From positions 40,171-104,170 of IMG/VR virus record IMGVR_UViG_3300009506_000006: a stretch of DNA of 64,000 nt, one strand, 5' to 3'. Shown here piece after piece: positions 36,704 through 45,767 of the stretch; the first letter of the stretch is position 1, and the number at the start of each line of letters is the position of its first letter. Both the position numbers and the translations under genes were made by a program. Origin of the DNA: a virus. Below the pieces are notes generated by a model. It saw only the letters and a list, made by a program, of their open reading frames with translations, made no database searches and was not told the DNA's origin.

Positions 36704-37123
36704 TTAGTTTTTTTCCGTGTCCTCTTCAGGTGTGGTTTCATCTTCCACAACCGCAAAATTGGACGGATCCCCGGCTTCCTGCATGACTTCTAGAAACAAC
36801 TTGCGGTACTTGGTTAATGCAGTGATCTTGTTTTCCAGTGTGGCTTCGATAGGTTGACCCAGATCGTCGAGTACGCCTTCCCAATCAATCAAGATTGACT
36901 CGGCCACAATCTTAACTAGCAGCTGCTGCTGCAGATCCTCTTTTTTACGATACCGTTCTAGCTGCCTGGAATACCGGCGCTGGACTTTTTCGTGGTTCGG
37001 ATTGCCAATCTCGGCAATATAAAACACCACGTCGTTATCATACTGGTTTGTGCCCACAATGATTGGCACGCCTTTGACCGCTTTGTTCTCATCGGATTTG
37101 AACAGACTTTCCAGTGTGTTCAT
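36704..37123 (-). CDS. Tail assembly chaperone (gpG-like)
   Basis: VAESILIDWEGV; ends in slippery G-AAA-AAA-AC-TAA. Confidence 0.85.
   Translation of the reverse strand: MNTLESLFKSDENKAVKGVPIIVGTNQYDNDVVFYIAEIGNPNHEKVQRRYSRQLERYRKKEDLQQQLLVKIVAESILIDWEGVLDDLGQPIEATLENKITALTKYRKLFLEVMQEAGDPSNFAVVEDETTPEEDTEKN
36707..36715 (-). other. -1 programmed ribosomal frameshift site (A AAA AAC)
   Basis: -1 frame reads K-L-T-E-V-L-R-W-M-L-D-H directly into ORF 36333..36686. Confidence 0.85.
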
Positions 37124-37135
37124 ACGACTTCCTTT

Positions 37136-37348
37136 CTATGATTCGTTTTTTAACTTGCTCAACACCATATTCAAGACCCGCGGGTTATCGCATCCATTAT
37201 CCAAGTCTTCTCGAAAATATATGCAACGATTCTGGTTACTTTCGGGTTTTTGACATTGACGACAATCCACATGTTCGGCCCAACAGCTGCCGGTGCATTT
37301 CACCATTCCTTTGAAGGTGGCGATATGGTCTTTCATCTCATAGGTCAC
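37136..37348 (-). CDS. Small Cys-rich protein
   Basis: CTGSC...CRQC...C...C; GGAAGG RBS. Confidence 0.5.
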   Translation of the reverse strand: MTYEMKDHIATFKGMVKCTGSCWAEHVDCRQCQKPESNQNRCIYFREDLDNGCDNPRVLNMVLSKLKNES

Positions 37349-37476
37349 CTTCCACTATGGGATGACAGATTGTGAGAGCCGGGTGCAAGAACCGTCAGGC
37401 GACGGGGTGGCACCTGCCGGGGAGAAGCACCCGGCTCCCATAAACCAGGCAGCAGACTATCACTGCCCAGCGGCCG

Positions 37477-37692
37477 TCATATGGCTGTTTCATCATTTCT
37501 GGTGCTATACCATGTAATGTATGGCCTATTTGGATATGACGGATACAAAGGCACATAGTACGGCGTTACTGGATTGATCGCAATTTCCGACTGATCAGAC
37601 CATTCTTTTCCGCACTGTTTGCAATAGACCTTGCCACACAATGAACAATACTGCACATCTGTATGCAGGCAGTTGTGGTTGCAGTTGTGCAT
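37477..37692 (-). CDS. Small Cys-rich protein
   Basis: CNHNC...CSLCGKVYCKQCG. Confidence 0.55.
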   Translation of the reverse strand: MHNCNHNCLHTDVQYCSLCGKVYCKQCGKEWSDQSEIAINPVTPYYVPLYPSYPNRPYITWYSTRNDETAI

Positions 37693-37695
37693 AGA

Positions 37696-38883
37696 TTACT
37701 CCGCAGCGAATTTGTCAATTTGAATCATGCATGCATACGTGGCATGCCGCAGGGCACGCCATGTGAAGTTTTGCATGACATCGGTATTGATACCGGTTGC
37801 GTTGATGTTATTGCTTTCGAACTTGAACCGGTGGAATGTGAATATGTACGTATTACCAGCGATCACACCACCTTCAGATACCCGGAAACTGATCGAAGAC
37901 TCCGTACCGGCTGCAAACTTGGTGTACAGATCTTTGTTGGATAAATACAGGTTCATAGACCCGGTTACTTCCAACGCGCCTGCACCGAGATCAGCATTAC
38001 CAAGTACACCAATAGCTTTGAGTCCGCGGATATTGTTATTCAGGGTGAAATCCATACCCTGGATGTATACTCCGGACATCAGACTGCCACCTTCGCGTAC
38101 CTGGGCTACGTTAGACACGGAGTTCATGACGTCATTGTTTGTAGCAGTATTGACGGATCCTGAACTCATGGCGCCAGTAGCTACGCTGGTGTCTTTTCCG
38201 ATAAATGTCATGTTGCCGGTCAGGATGCTATTGGCTTGTACATTGAACGTCATCTGGTTGACTTTCATGCCGGTAAACTGAAAATACAGCGCTGGGCTTA
38301 AGTCACCGTGATAACGTTCAATCGAGAAAGACCGCTCGGTCGTTCCATTTCGCATCATGCAGGCATTGATTGTAGCGGTGTTATCAGCTGTCGTTACGCT
38401 GACAGCCGGTGCCGGAGACACCGTGATGTTCTGTGCGGAGGTTTTGGTGGTGATTAGATAATACCCATCATTCAGCGAGTTGGTTGAATTTGCTACTTTA
38501 ATCCACTGGCCAACTGAGAGTGCTGTGAATGGAGAAGTTTCGGATGATGTGATTGTACTGGCGCTGTTGTTGAAGATCAAATCGGCAGTAGCAATACTGA
38601 TTGAAGACCCCCATGTGGAGAACAGCGCTGCTTGCAGAAAATCATCGAAAGCTGCGTATGACAGCTCGAAGTCAAGACCGCCGCCGCACTCAGCTCCAGT
38701 CTGAACTAAGTCAGATACCATGCGGTCGGAACGAATTTCGTTTGATTGGATGTACTCAATGCCATAGTTTAGAGACTCGGCAGTCAACCGAATCTCCGTC
38801 ATATCGGCAGTCGACGGGGTCGTCCCCCAAGTAGCTTCTTCGATATATCGAAGTTGTGTTCTGTTGGCATCAGCTGTGGCCAT
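37696..38883 (-). CDS. Major tail tube protein
   Basis: YIEEATWGTTP...SNEIRSDRMV...GGLDFELSY...FTGMKVN; position before chaperones. Confidence 0.9.
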   Translation of the reverse strand: MATADANRTQLRYIEEATWGTTPSTADMTEIRLTAESLNYGIEYIQSNEIRSDRMVSDLVQTGAECGGGLDFELSYAAFDDFLQAALFSTWGSSISIATADLIFNNSASTITSSETSPFTALSVGQWIKVANSTNSLNDGYYLITTKTSAQNITVSPAPAVSVTTADNTATINACMMRNGTTERSFSIERYHGDLSPALYFQFTGMKVNQMTFNVQANSILTGNMTFIGKDTSVATGAMSSGSVNTATNNDVMNSVSNVAQVREGGSLMSGVYIQGMDFTLNNNIRGLKAIGVLGNADLGAGALEVTGSMNLYLSNKDLYTKFAAGTESSISFRVSEGGVIAGNTYIFTFHRFKFESNNINATGINTDVMQNFTWRALRHATYACMIQIDKFAAE

Positions 38884-38956
38884 GGCTTGTTATCTCCTTT
38901 CCGGCAGTATGACTGCCGGAAATCAGCCCTTGTCATGCTGCAGACATGACAAAGAC

Positions 38957-39009
38957 AAAAAAACGGCAAATGCGTTGGTTAGGACATTGTGCCCGCACGC
39001 ACTGCCGTT
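38957..39009 (-). terminator. Long-stem terminator ending the modification cluster
   Basis: AACGGCA-GTGCGT...ACGCAT-TTGCCGTT followed by a T run. Confidence 0.65.
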
Positions 39010-39043
39010 AGCTGTTGATTAAGTTGTCAGGCCGGTGTGAAGA

Positions 39044-40816
39044 TTAGCTGCTTTGAGATGCAACGACTGGCCGAGTCGGCTGCAATCCCAACCTGCTCAT
39101 GTTCTGAAACACGTTAGCTGCCAGATTCTGTGCGAATTGTTTGTCCGCACATTGCTGCAAGGCTTGTTGCAGACCCGTTAATGCAATAACGCCCTTCTCG
39201 AGCTGAGTCATGGCCAGATAGTACGCGCACTCACACATAAACTCGGGTCTGAAGTTAAATGTGAAATACCCGTAGCCTTCTTTTTTCTGAGCCATTTCCG
39301 TATATCTCTGGACGAATTTGGATGCTCCCTCCACGGCGAGTGTATGGTCCTTAGTCGACCGACCCAGATCGAATGCCGCATACATCAGATCCAGACTGGT
39401 GGGTTCCAGGACCGAGCCGCGATCCAGCCATTCTCTGGCTTTGTCCAGCTTGTTAACTTTCATGTAACGCTTAATCAGCGTGTAATATACAGAACGCTGA
39501 AATTCGTTTTCAGGGATTATGTCGCGATGCTTTGCGTAGATTTCGGCATACTCCAGACATTTGTCTTCATCGTTAAGCCATCCATGATATTGGCTTAGAT
39601 AAAACATCGCTTCGTAATCGTTTGGATTATCTTCCAATCGTTTATTGAGCAGACCCACCGAGCGCTTAAATTTCTTTTTACGCTCTTCAGGACTAACGTC
39701 GTATCCGTAATGATTGAGTACTAGTTCGACCAGATGCCTGCGTTCACCTTCAACGATTGCTTTGTTATGCACGATGTTAATATAGTGCACGCAGCCTTTG
39801 CGGAATAACCGTGTAGGCGTAAGCGTCGCCATCATTTTTCCGCCTTGGTAATCTCGCAACGCCGGACATATTCCGTTAGCCGTGGTCTCTTTCAGAAACT
39901 TACGGATTTCGTTTGGTGCAGCTCCATCGAGAACCAACTCTTCGTCTGCATCGATCTGAAACAGCCAATTACCAGTACAATATTCCATGCATTTATTACG
40001 TGCCTTGGAAAAATTGATCTGTGGTCCGAACTCAGTTTCCACGAAATATTCTTTTAAGTTGTCCGGTTGATAAACCCTGGCGCCGAAGTTGCGACAGATT
40101 TCCATGCTGTTATCGGTTGAACCTGTGTCAAGCACCACCAATTCATCAGCTAATGGCACAATCGACTGCAAACAGCGCGGCAAATTCTTAGCTTCATTAC
40201 GCACGATCATCATGAAGCTGATTTTCACGCCTTTGTGATTGGATTTTTTAACCAGCTTAGCTTCTTTATCGAACAGATCTTTGATCTGGTGCAGATGATA
40301 CATGTACAAACCGGGCATGATATAAAGCTCATAGCCCGCACTGACTAAGCGTTTGTGATAGTCGTTATCGACTCCCATAAATACGTTTTCTGTAAAGCCA
40401 TTAACTTTTTCCCAAGCCTCTTTATGCGTTAGAATAAAGAAGCCTGACATTGGCTTGTCTGACTGCGGCTTAATTAACTGTGAACCGTACTGCCGATATA
40501 ACTCATTGGAATATTTAATATGACCGCGGATGTCATCATGAGCACTTTGCGGTGTGAATTTCTGATCATCGCACCAAGTTCGATTCGTTACGCCTGAGAT
40601 CCAGCCGGCTTTGTGCCCGACTTGCTCGATGGCGTCCAGGCACATCTCGTACCACTGTGGACGCAGCAGCAAGATATCCGAATCCAGAAACAGCACCCAG
40701 TCGTCGACTTTGGCCATGGCCTGATTGTACGCCTTGCCGATATTGCCGGGCTCGTACGGAACGATCACATCAATTTTGTGGTCTCTGGCTTTATGCGAAT
40801 CAATTTTCCAGGCCAT
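39044..40816 (-). CDS. Two-domain GT-A/GT2 glycosyltransferase with C-terminal TPR-like region (likely start MAWK)
   Basis: FLDSDI; MIVRNEAKNLPRCL...VLDTGSTD...FSKARN...QIDADE; HYGY; helical TPR-like tail. Confidence 0.9.
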   Translation of the reverse strand: MAWKIDSHKARDHKIDVIVPYEPGNIGKAYNQAMAKVDDWVLFLDSDILLLRPQWYEMCLDAIEQVGHKAGWISGVTNRTWCDDQKFTPQSAHDDIRGHIKYSNELYRQYGSQLIKPQSDKPMSGFFILTHKEAWEKVNGFTENVFMGVDNDYHKRLVSAGYELYIMPGLYMYHLHQIKDLFDKEAKLVKKSNHKGVKISFMMIVRNEAKNLPRCLQSIVPLADELVVLDTGSTDNSMEICRNFGARVYQPDNLKEYFVETEFGPQINFSKARNKCMEYCTGNWLFQIDADEELVLDGAAPNEIRKFLKETTANGICPALRDYQGGKMMATLTPTRLFRKGCVHYINIVHNKAIVEGERRHLVELVLNHYGYDVSPEERKKKFKRSVGLLNKRLEDNPNDYEAMFYLSQYHGWLNDEDKCLEYAEIYAKHRDIIPENEFQRSVYYTLIKRYMKVNKLDKAREWLDRGSVLEPTSLDLMYAAFDLGRSTKDHTLAVEGASKFVQRYTEMAQKKEGYGYFTFNFRPEFMCECAYYLAMTQLEKGVIALTGLQQALQQCADKQFAQNLAANVFQNMSRLGLQPTRPVVASQSS

Positions 40817-40848
40817 GTAATACCTTTCTTCAATTGTTTGATATAAAT

Positions 40849-40877
40849 TTCTTACTTTAGGTAAGATATTACACAAA
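40849..40877 (-). promoter_or_regulatory. Operator palindrome and probable promoter upstream of the GT2-TPR gene
   Basis: Perfect TCTTAC-TTTAG-GTAAGA at 40850..40866; weak -35 (TTGTGT). Confidence 0.65.
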
Positions 40878-40900
40878 AATATGCAATGAATCAAGACATT

Positions 40901-41068
40901 TTACGTAGCGATGATTTCTGCACGCGTTTTAGCGATCAGCATTTCTGTGGCTTGTTTCAGTCCGACTTGGTCAACCAGTATATCAAACAGCCGCCGGTTC
41001 TCATCCAGTAGCTGTTGATAGGCTACATTGATACCATTCGGACCGAGCTCTTTACAGTAGTCTCGCAT
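40901..41068 (-). CDS. 55-aa hypothetical protein (below ORF track cut-off)
   Basis: Manual translation MRDYCKELGPNG...RAEIIAT*. Confidence 0.45.
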   Translation of the reverse strand: MRDYCKELGPNGINVAYQQLLDENRRLFDILVDQVGLKQATEMLIAKTRAEIIAT

Positions 41069-41071
41069 GGC

Positions 41072-41704
41072 TTAAGACCTCATAATAAAAAATCCGTTGC
41101 CACGGTGGTATTCTTTCCAGTTGTCCTTGAACCCGGGGATGTGATAATGCATCTCAATGTTGTAATACCCGCTATCTTCGAATCGCTTCAACCACCAGCC
41201 CTCTGACTCGGCAATGATGTGCGTGACGTCCTGGTGATACTGCGCAATGCGGTACTTGCCCTGATCTCCGAACGGGACGATAAACATAGCCTGCTGTGCT
41301 TTGTTGCTGAGTTGTCTAAGCACGTCGCATAGAGACTGATATGGAATATGCTCCAGAGTGTCCTTGGCGAACACTATACTAGCTGGTGGACAGTATTCAA
41401 TGTTTTCAAATAAAAATGGCTTGGCATCTGATGGTGCTTTGGAAAGAGCATAACGCGATATATCGATTCCCCAGGCATCGACTGAAAGACAGCGCAGCGC
41501 ACGTACCAGGAAACCCTTAGCGCATCCGAAATCAATGACTGATTTGCCGGGGAACATAGCTTTGAGCTGGCGAGCCATTGGCATGGTGCGCTGCGGCATC
41601 CAACGATAGTTTTCGTACAGACTGACTCCGGCTTTAATACCATGCTCGAAATACGTCTGATCAAATCTGCTTCTGTAATTTTTCAGATCGTTATGCAAAT
41701 TCAT
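41072..41704 (-). CDS. Class I SAM-dependent methyltransferase
   Basis: VIDFGCAKGFLV, GIDIS, KDTLEHIP. Confidence 0.9.
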   Translation of the reverse strand: MNLHNDLKNYRSRFDQTYFEHGIKAGVSLYENYRWMPQRTMPMARQLKAMFPGKSVIDFGCAKGFLVRALRCLSVDAWGIDISRYALSKAPSDAKPFLFENIEYCPPASIVFAKDTLEHIPYQSLCDVLRQLSNKAQQAMFIVPFGDQGKYRIAQYHQDVTHIIAESEGWWLKRFEDSGYYNIEMHYHIPGFKDNWKEYHRGNGFFIMRS

Positions 41705-42653
41705 TGAATTCAGTTTCCATCAGTAAGTCTTCCAGCAGATCCTGTTGCTTGGAATACTTGCAGTAACTGCAATTATATTGCAGAGCTGTTGGACGAAGAT
41801 TACTATAGTATTGAAATATCTCGCTGCTGTGACACAGGCGCGCCTGCGTATTAATTTGCTTATTGTTTTCTACCGCCAACTCCGCACTTGGACAGGGATA
41901 TACCCAACCATCGGTGTATAGCGCAGGCTTAATTAGATGAATATAGCAGTTGTTATTGCGGCGTGTCAGTGTGGTATTAAAATCTGATAGGAATAAATTT
42001 GTTGAGTTAACTTGCTGCAGTTTGCGCTTGATGTGCGCCATCTGACGTTTAATTAACTTAGTGTCCATGATGCAGTCGGGTGCTACACGGCAAGTAATTT
42101 GATGTTCATCAGCAAACTGCGCGATTTTTTCAATATTGTCATCCGACAGATCATTCCAGATATAACAAAAGCTGGCTCGGCTGCGATTTTGCACAGCTTG
42201 CACAGCAGATCGTAGATCTTTGGCAGGTCTGTAGTCCAATGTGTTCAAGGATATTCTTACCCAGCTAATGTCATCGAGAAATTCTGCAATGTGGCTGATT
42301 GCGAGCCCGTTAGTGATAAGCCCGATTTTCATTTCGAGCTTGTCAATGAAATAATCTAAACATTTAGCAATATGCGGATACAGAGTTGGTTCTCCGCCTC
42401 CGGTGAGTTCTATGGCACGCACACCTATGTCATGGAACTGTTTCACACCTTCCATATAAACGCTAGGACTGATATCCGTAACTAGATCGCTGCGGTTTTT
42501 GAAACAACAGTGTAAGCAGTTTAGTTGACAGCGATGTGTAGGCATGGTGTGCACCATAATCGGAGACACGCAGCCAGATTGCAGATCTTTGAGCTTATCC
42601 AGATGTTTGAGCAGCTTGGCTGTGTTGGATGTAATGGAATAAGACTGGTTCAT
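41691..42653 (-). CDS. Radical SAM enzyme with SPASM/twitch-like C-terminus
   Basis: CQLNCLHC, TGGGEPTL, ITNG, C...DGWVYPC...CSYC. Confidence 0.9.
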   Translation of the reverse strand: MNQSYSITSNTAKLLKHLDKLKDLQSGCVSPIMVHTMPTHRCQLNCLHCCFKNRSDLVTDISPSVYMEGVKQFHDIGVRAIELTGGGEPTLYPHIAKCLDYFIDKLEMKIGLITNGLAISHIAEFLDDISWVRISLNTLDYRPAKDLRSAVQAVQNRSRASFCYIWNDLSDDNIEKIAQFADEHQITCRVAPDCIMDTKLIKRQMAHIKRKLQQVNSTNLFLSDFNTTLTRRNNNCYIHLIKPALYTDGWVYPCPSAELAVENNKQINTQARLCHSSEIFQYYSNLRPTALQYNCSYCKYSKQQDLLEDLLMETEFNEFA

Positions 42654-43225
42654 GAATAGTATCTTTCAATAGCTTTGCGCTCTGCTCTAAGTAGTTTATT
42701 GCGGAGCGGCTGGGTTAAACCAGTATCGATATCACGTTCCGTGTCATTGACCAAGACTTCTGGGGCCATGACATCGTATCCCCAAATTCGCAGTAATTTG
42801 TTTAACTGCGGTGTCAGGTTTTCTTGACGCAAAATATAGTCACAATGTGGTGCGTAATTATCGTATAATTCAGTCACATATCCAGGCCACTTTTTAATGA
42901 CATTTTTAATAAATCCTTGGAATGTATCTGACACGCATAGCACATCTAATGGAAAATCATTACGCCAGCTGGTTTTAATACGATAACGATAGTGCGATCG
43001 ATACCATTCAATTGGATGTCTGATCGTGCAGAATGTCTCACATTGTTTAAGAATATCTGGCTCGACTTCAAACGGCCGGCAATGAGTTTGTCTTTGCCAT
43101 GAGTCTATTACTATTCCGACTTCTTCTGATTTTACTGGCAATCGTTTACGAATTACGTAACGAACATATGAGCCGCCGGTTTTTGGAATGTGAAAGAACA
43201 GTTTATTATCGAATTTAAGCGCCAT
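42650..43225 (-). CDS. Sulfotransferase (family 2-like)
   Basis: FFHIPKTGGSY (5'-PSB loop), IRHPIEWYRSHY (3'-PB). Confidence 0.85.
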   Translation of the reverse strand: MALKFDNKLFFHIPKTGGSYVRYVIRKRLPVKSEEVGIVIDSWQRQTHCRPFEVEPDILKQCETFCTIRHPIEWYRSHYRYRIKTSWRNDFPLDVLCVSDTFQGFIKNVIKKWPGYVTELYDNYAPHCDYILRQENLTPQLNKLLRIWGYDVMAPEVLVNDTERDIDTGLTQPLRNKLLRAERKAIERYYS

Positions 43226-43754
43226 AATATTCTGACAAGAATTTAATCAGCCGGCTGTTGTATGTATTTGCAATTGCCACACCGCGTTTAATGGACATGC
43301 TGGGCCGCATGCGCTGCAGGCTTTTAGCGACTTCATATGGATTGCGAAATATTGATATGATATGCAAATTTTGGAGATGCGGCAGGTACAACCGGATAGT
43401 TAGTGTAGTACGCGGTTCTTTCCAACCCCAGATAGGTTCTCGGGTATTTCTGGCGATAGTGTCAATGATTTCCTGCTTAAACTTTGGATACTGTTGCAGG
43501 ATTTTTTCCTCGGCGGGTGGTTGGAATATATTGCCGCCAGCTGCAAACAGGATCCTTTCATTTAGATCTTTAAACTCCAGATTTTCGTAATAACCCAGAG
43601 GATTGGCGATATCACCGGCAAGCAGATGTTCGCCGATATGCACACCAGCTCGCTGCAAACCCAGTCCAACCAAAGACGTCGCGCTTCGGGGCATACCAAG
43701 CACAACGATAGATTTGACAACGGTTGGTATGTTCTGTGCATCTTCCCCTGGCAC
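43215..43754 (-). CDS. Sulfotransferase (family 3-like)
   Basis: VLGMPRSATSL, WGWKEPR, FRNPYEVAKSL. Confidence 0.85.
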   Translation of the reverse strand: MPGEDAQNIPTVVKSIVVLGMPRSATSLVGLGLQRAGVHIGEHLLAGDIANPLGYYENLEFKDLNERILFAAGGNIFQPPAEEKILQQYPKFKQEIIDTIARNTREPIWGWKEPRTTLTIRLYLPHLQNLHIISIFRNPYEVAKSLQRMRPSMSIKRGVAIANTYNSRLIKFLSEYYGA

Positions 43755-43796
43755 CCTGCGTCCCCTTCTTGTTTGTTGTAAAACTACAAACTTGAA

Positions 43797-44117
43797 TCAA
43801 TCATCGTACAACCCGTCCATGTAATTATGGATTTTCTTGATCATATATTCCACCAAACCAAGACAGAACAGTGTTGAGTTTTCGCCGAACCAGTAGTCAA
43901 ATATATAATTGAATGCCTCATCCTCATTTTCCGGTTCGGCTTCCACAGTGTAAACCATGACGAGATTTTTGACTTTACCTGCATCATAATGATGTATCAA
44001 TAGATCAACTGCGTCATGTACGACTTCGCTGGGCTTCGGTCTCAATTGAATGACGTTGTTCGACTTCTGCTCTGGTTCCTCGCAGCCATTGGACGAATTC
44101 ACGGTATTCTCTGTCAT
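43797..44117 (-). CDS. Acidic hypothetical protein
   Basis: GGAG RBS, co-directional. Confidence 0.6.
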   Translation of the reverse strand: MTENTVNSSNGCEEPEQKSNNVIQLRPKPSEVVHDAVDLLIHHYDAGKVKNLVMVYTVEAEPENEDEAFNYIFDYWFGENSTLFCLGLVEYMIKKIHNYMDGLYDD

Positions 44118-44152
44118 AGTTTGTCTCCGTCATACTGCCTGAACGATCTGGA

Positions 44153-44728
44153 TTATTCTTGGCCATTGCTCTTTTTTAGTACCTCGAGTGGATCGATAAG
44201 TTCGAATTGAATTGGATCCTGTTCCGATGTATCATTCAAACTTCCGTCTTTGCTGGCTTTTTTGTTGCCTTTTTTATTTGACATAACTTCAATCCAACTA
44301 CCGCCTACTTTTTTTTGCAGCTTTTGCAAATCTAAAAGCTTTTTATGCAGTTCTCGATCATATGGCAACTTGAATGCACGTGGCTCCATCTTTCCGGAAT
44401 ACGTATAACGTTTAAATAAATTAAAAACATTGCGTGCCTGCTGTTGATTATCTGGTTTAATATCGCACCAGAAATAAAACGCACCTGGATTTTGGTTGTC
44501 TGGTTCGCTGATTGTCAAAGATATGATACGACTTTTCTCCGGGATCGCTTGCTCTGCCGGCCATCCTTTTAAGTCAGGCAGTGAATAGAAAAATGAAATT
44601 GAAAACCATAGTGCTATGGCTATACCGACACATTTATAAACAATGCGTCCTTTAGAATAAATGACTGACCAGCATAGAAAAAACATTACTAGCAGATAGA
44701 CAAACATGATTGCAGCGGTTGATATCAT
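44153..44728 (-). CDS. Membrane protein (two N-terminal TMs), third gene of the MotA/MotB-like module
   Basis: Two hydrophobic helices then a soluble domain; ATGA overlap with the upstream gene. Confidence 0.7.
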   Translation of the reverse strand: MISTAAIMFVYLLVMFFLCWSVIYSKGRIVYKCVGIAIALWFSISFFYSLPDLKGWPAEQAIPEKSRIISLTISEPDNQNPGAFYFWCDIKPDNQQQARNVFNLFKRYTYSGKMEPRAFKLPYDRELHKKLLDLQKLQKKVGGSWIEVMSNKKGNKKASKDGSLNDTSEQDPIQFELIDPLEVLKKSNGQE

Positions 44729-45318
44729 GGGCTTGCAGTTTCCTTGATTATCACCAATGGTTTAAAAGTCGGATCAAACATCATAATATCACCATTGGCG
44801 TTCATGGTGAACCGTGTTGCTGTTTCTTCTTGCCACTGTGAAGTTAATGTAATGTCTTTGTAGAAAACTGTCGAAAACGACGGATTGATTTTATCGATCG
44901 TTGCGATAACATGAGTGGGCTCTTTTTCGCGTTTGGTATATGCGTGCACATTTAGAGTCCATTCCCCGGGAATAAATCCTCTGATCGTGGTTAATTCCTG
45001 GTTGCGGGGACATTTTACAACCAAACCGTCCGGCATGATGATAGTATCATTGATATATCCAAGATCGTCTCTGTCGATGTGCGCAAAATTTTTTTCTAGA
45101 CGACGAAACCATACAACTCCTCCAAGCGGATCTTCGAGCCAAGTGTCGATATCGTCTGTATTGTCATTTGGCCAAGTTACCGTAATGATATACTCAGCCT
45201 TGTTTTTCATGTTTGCTTTTTGAGTTTGCGGCCGGATTAACATGAAAGATATGCAAAACAAAATTGTTATGCCAAGCAACATGTTAAATAAGAGATCTAG
45301 AAATCCTGTATTCCGCAT
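44725..45318 (-). CDS. MotB/ExbD-like single-TM protein
   Basis: TGFLDLLFNMLLGITILF: Asp in TM helix; soluble domain without OmpA motif. Confidence 0.65.
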   Translation of the reverse strand: MRNTGFLDLLFNMLLGITILFCISFMLIRPQTQKANMKNKAEYIITVTWPNDNTDDIDTWLEDPLGGVVWFRRLEKNFAHIDRDDLGYINDTIIMPDGLVVKCPRNQELTTIRGFIPGEWTLNVHAYTKREKEPTHVIATIDKINPSFSTVFYKDITLTSQWQEETATRFTMNANGDIMMFDPTFKPLVIIKETASP

Positions 45319-45767
45319 GACAGCCCCATCTCCAGGTTATAAATTTGAAGCTTGAGCATGAATGAACAGATAAGTCCAGCTGCTGTTGTGTATAGTGCTG
45401 TTCCCATACCATGCGCCATATTTGCAATTGCCGCCTGCATACTATTAATGTTTGCAGCATCGATCTTGCAGAATACGGTGTCCAATGTGAACAAGAAACC
45501 AAACACGGTCCCGATCATACCAAGAGTCACGAACTTTTCAGCAAACCATTTGGCTGTATTGAGTTGACTTGCAGCAGTTGTTTTAATTTGATATGTTAAG
45601 ATACCGAGCTGTATAGAGAATATGATAAACAAGGTGAGGATCACGAAGCTGAGCTTTGTTAGATCTGCCTGGTTGACTTTTTCGAATAGGCTGTAATAGT
45701 ACATCAAAAAAAGTCCGACACCTATCATGCACATACAGAGCCACCATTTCAGAAAATATCTTTTCAT
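45297..45767 (-). CDS. MotA/TolQ/ExbB proton channel family protein
   Basis: Four hydrophobic helices; TLGMIGTVFG and MGTALYTTAAGL. Confidence 0.85.
   Translation of the reverse strand: MKRYFLKWWLCMCMIGVGLFLMYYYSLFEKVNQADLTKLSFVILTLFIIFSIQLGILTYQIKTTAASQLNTAKWFAEKFVTLGMIGTVFGFLFTLDTVFCKIDAANINSMQAAIANMAHGMGTALYTTAAGLICSFMLKLQIYNLEMGLSCGIQDF

Noticed and set aside
39044-43754. DNA hypermodification as the main role of the GT cluster
   Set aside because: No base hydroxymethylase, 2OG-Fe dioxygenase or nucleotide kinase in the window, and the genes lie among late structural genes; disfavoured, not excluded
44153-45767. Calling the MotA/MotB-like module a Zorya defence system
   Set aside because: No long ZorA tail, no OmpA-like domain in the partner, and no ZorC/D/E effector genes
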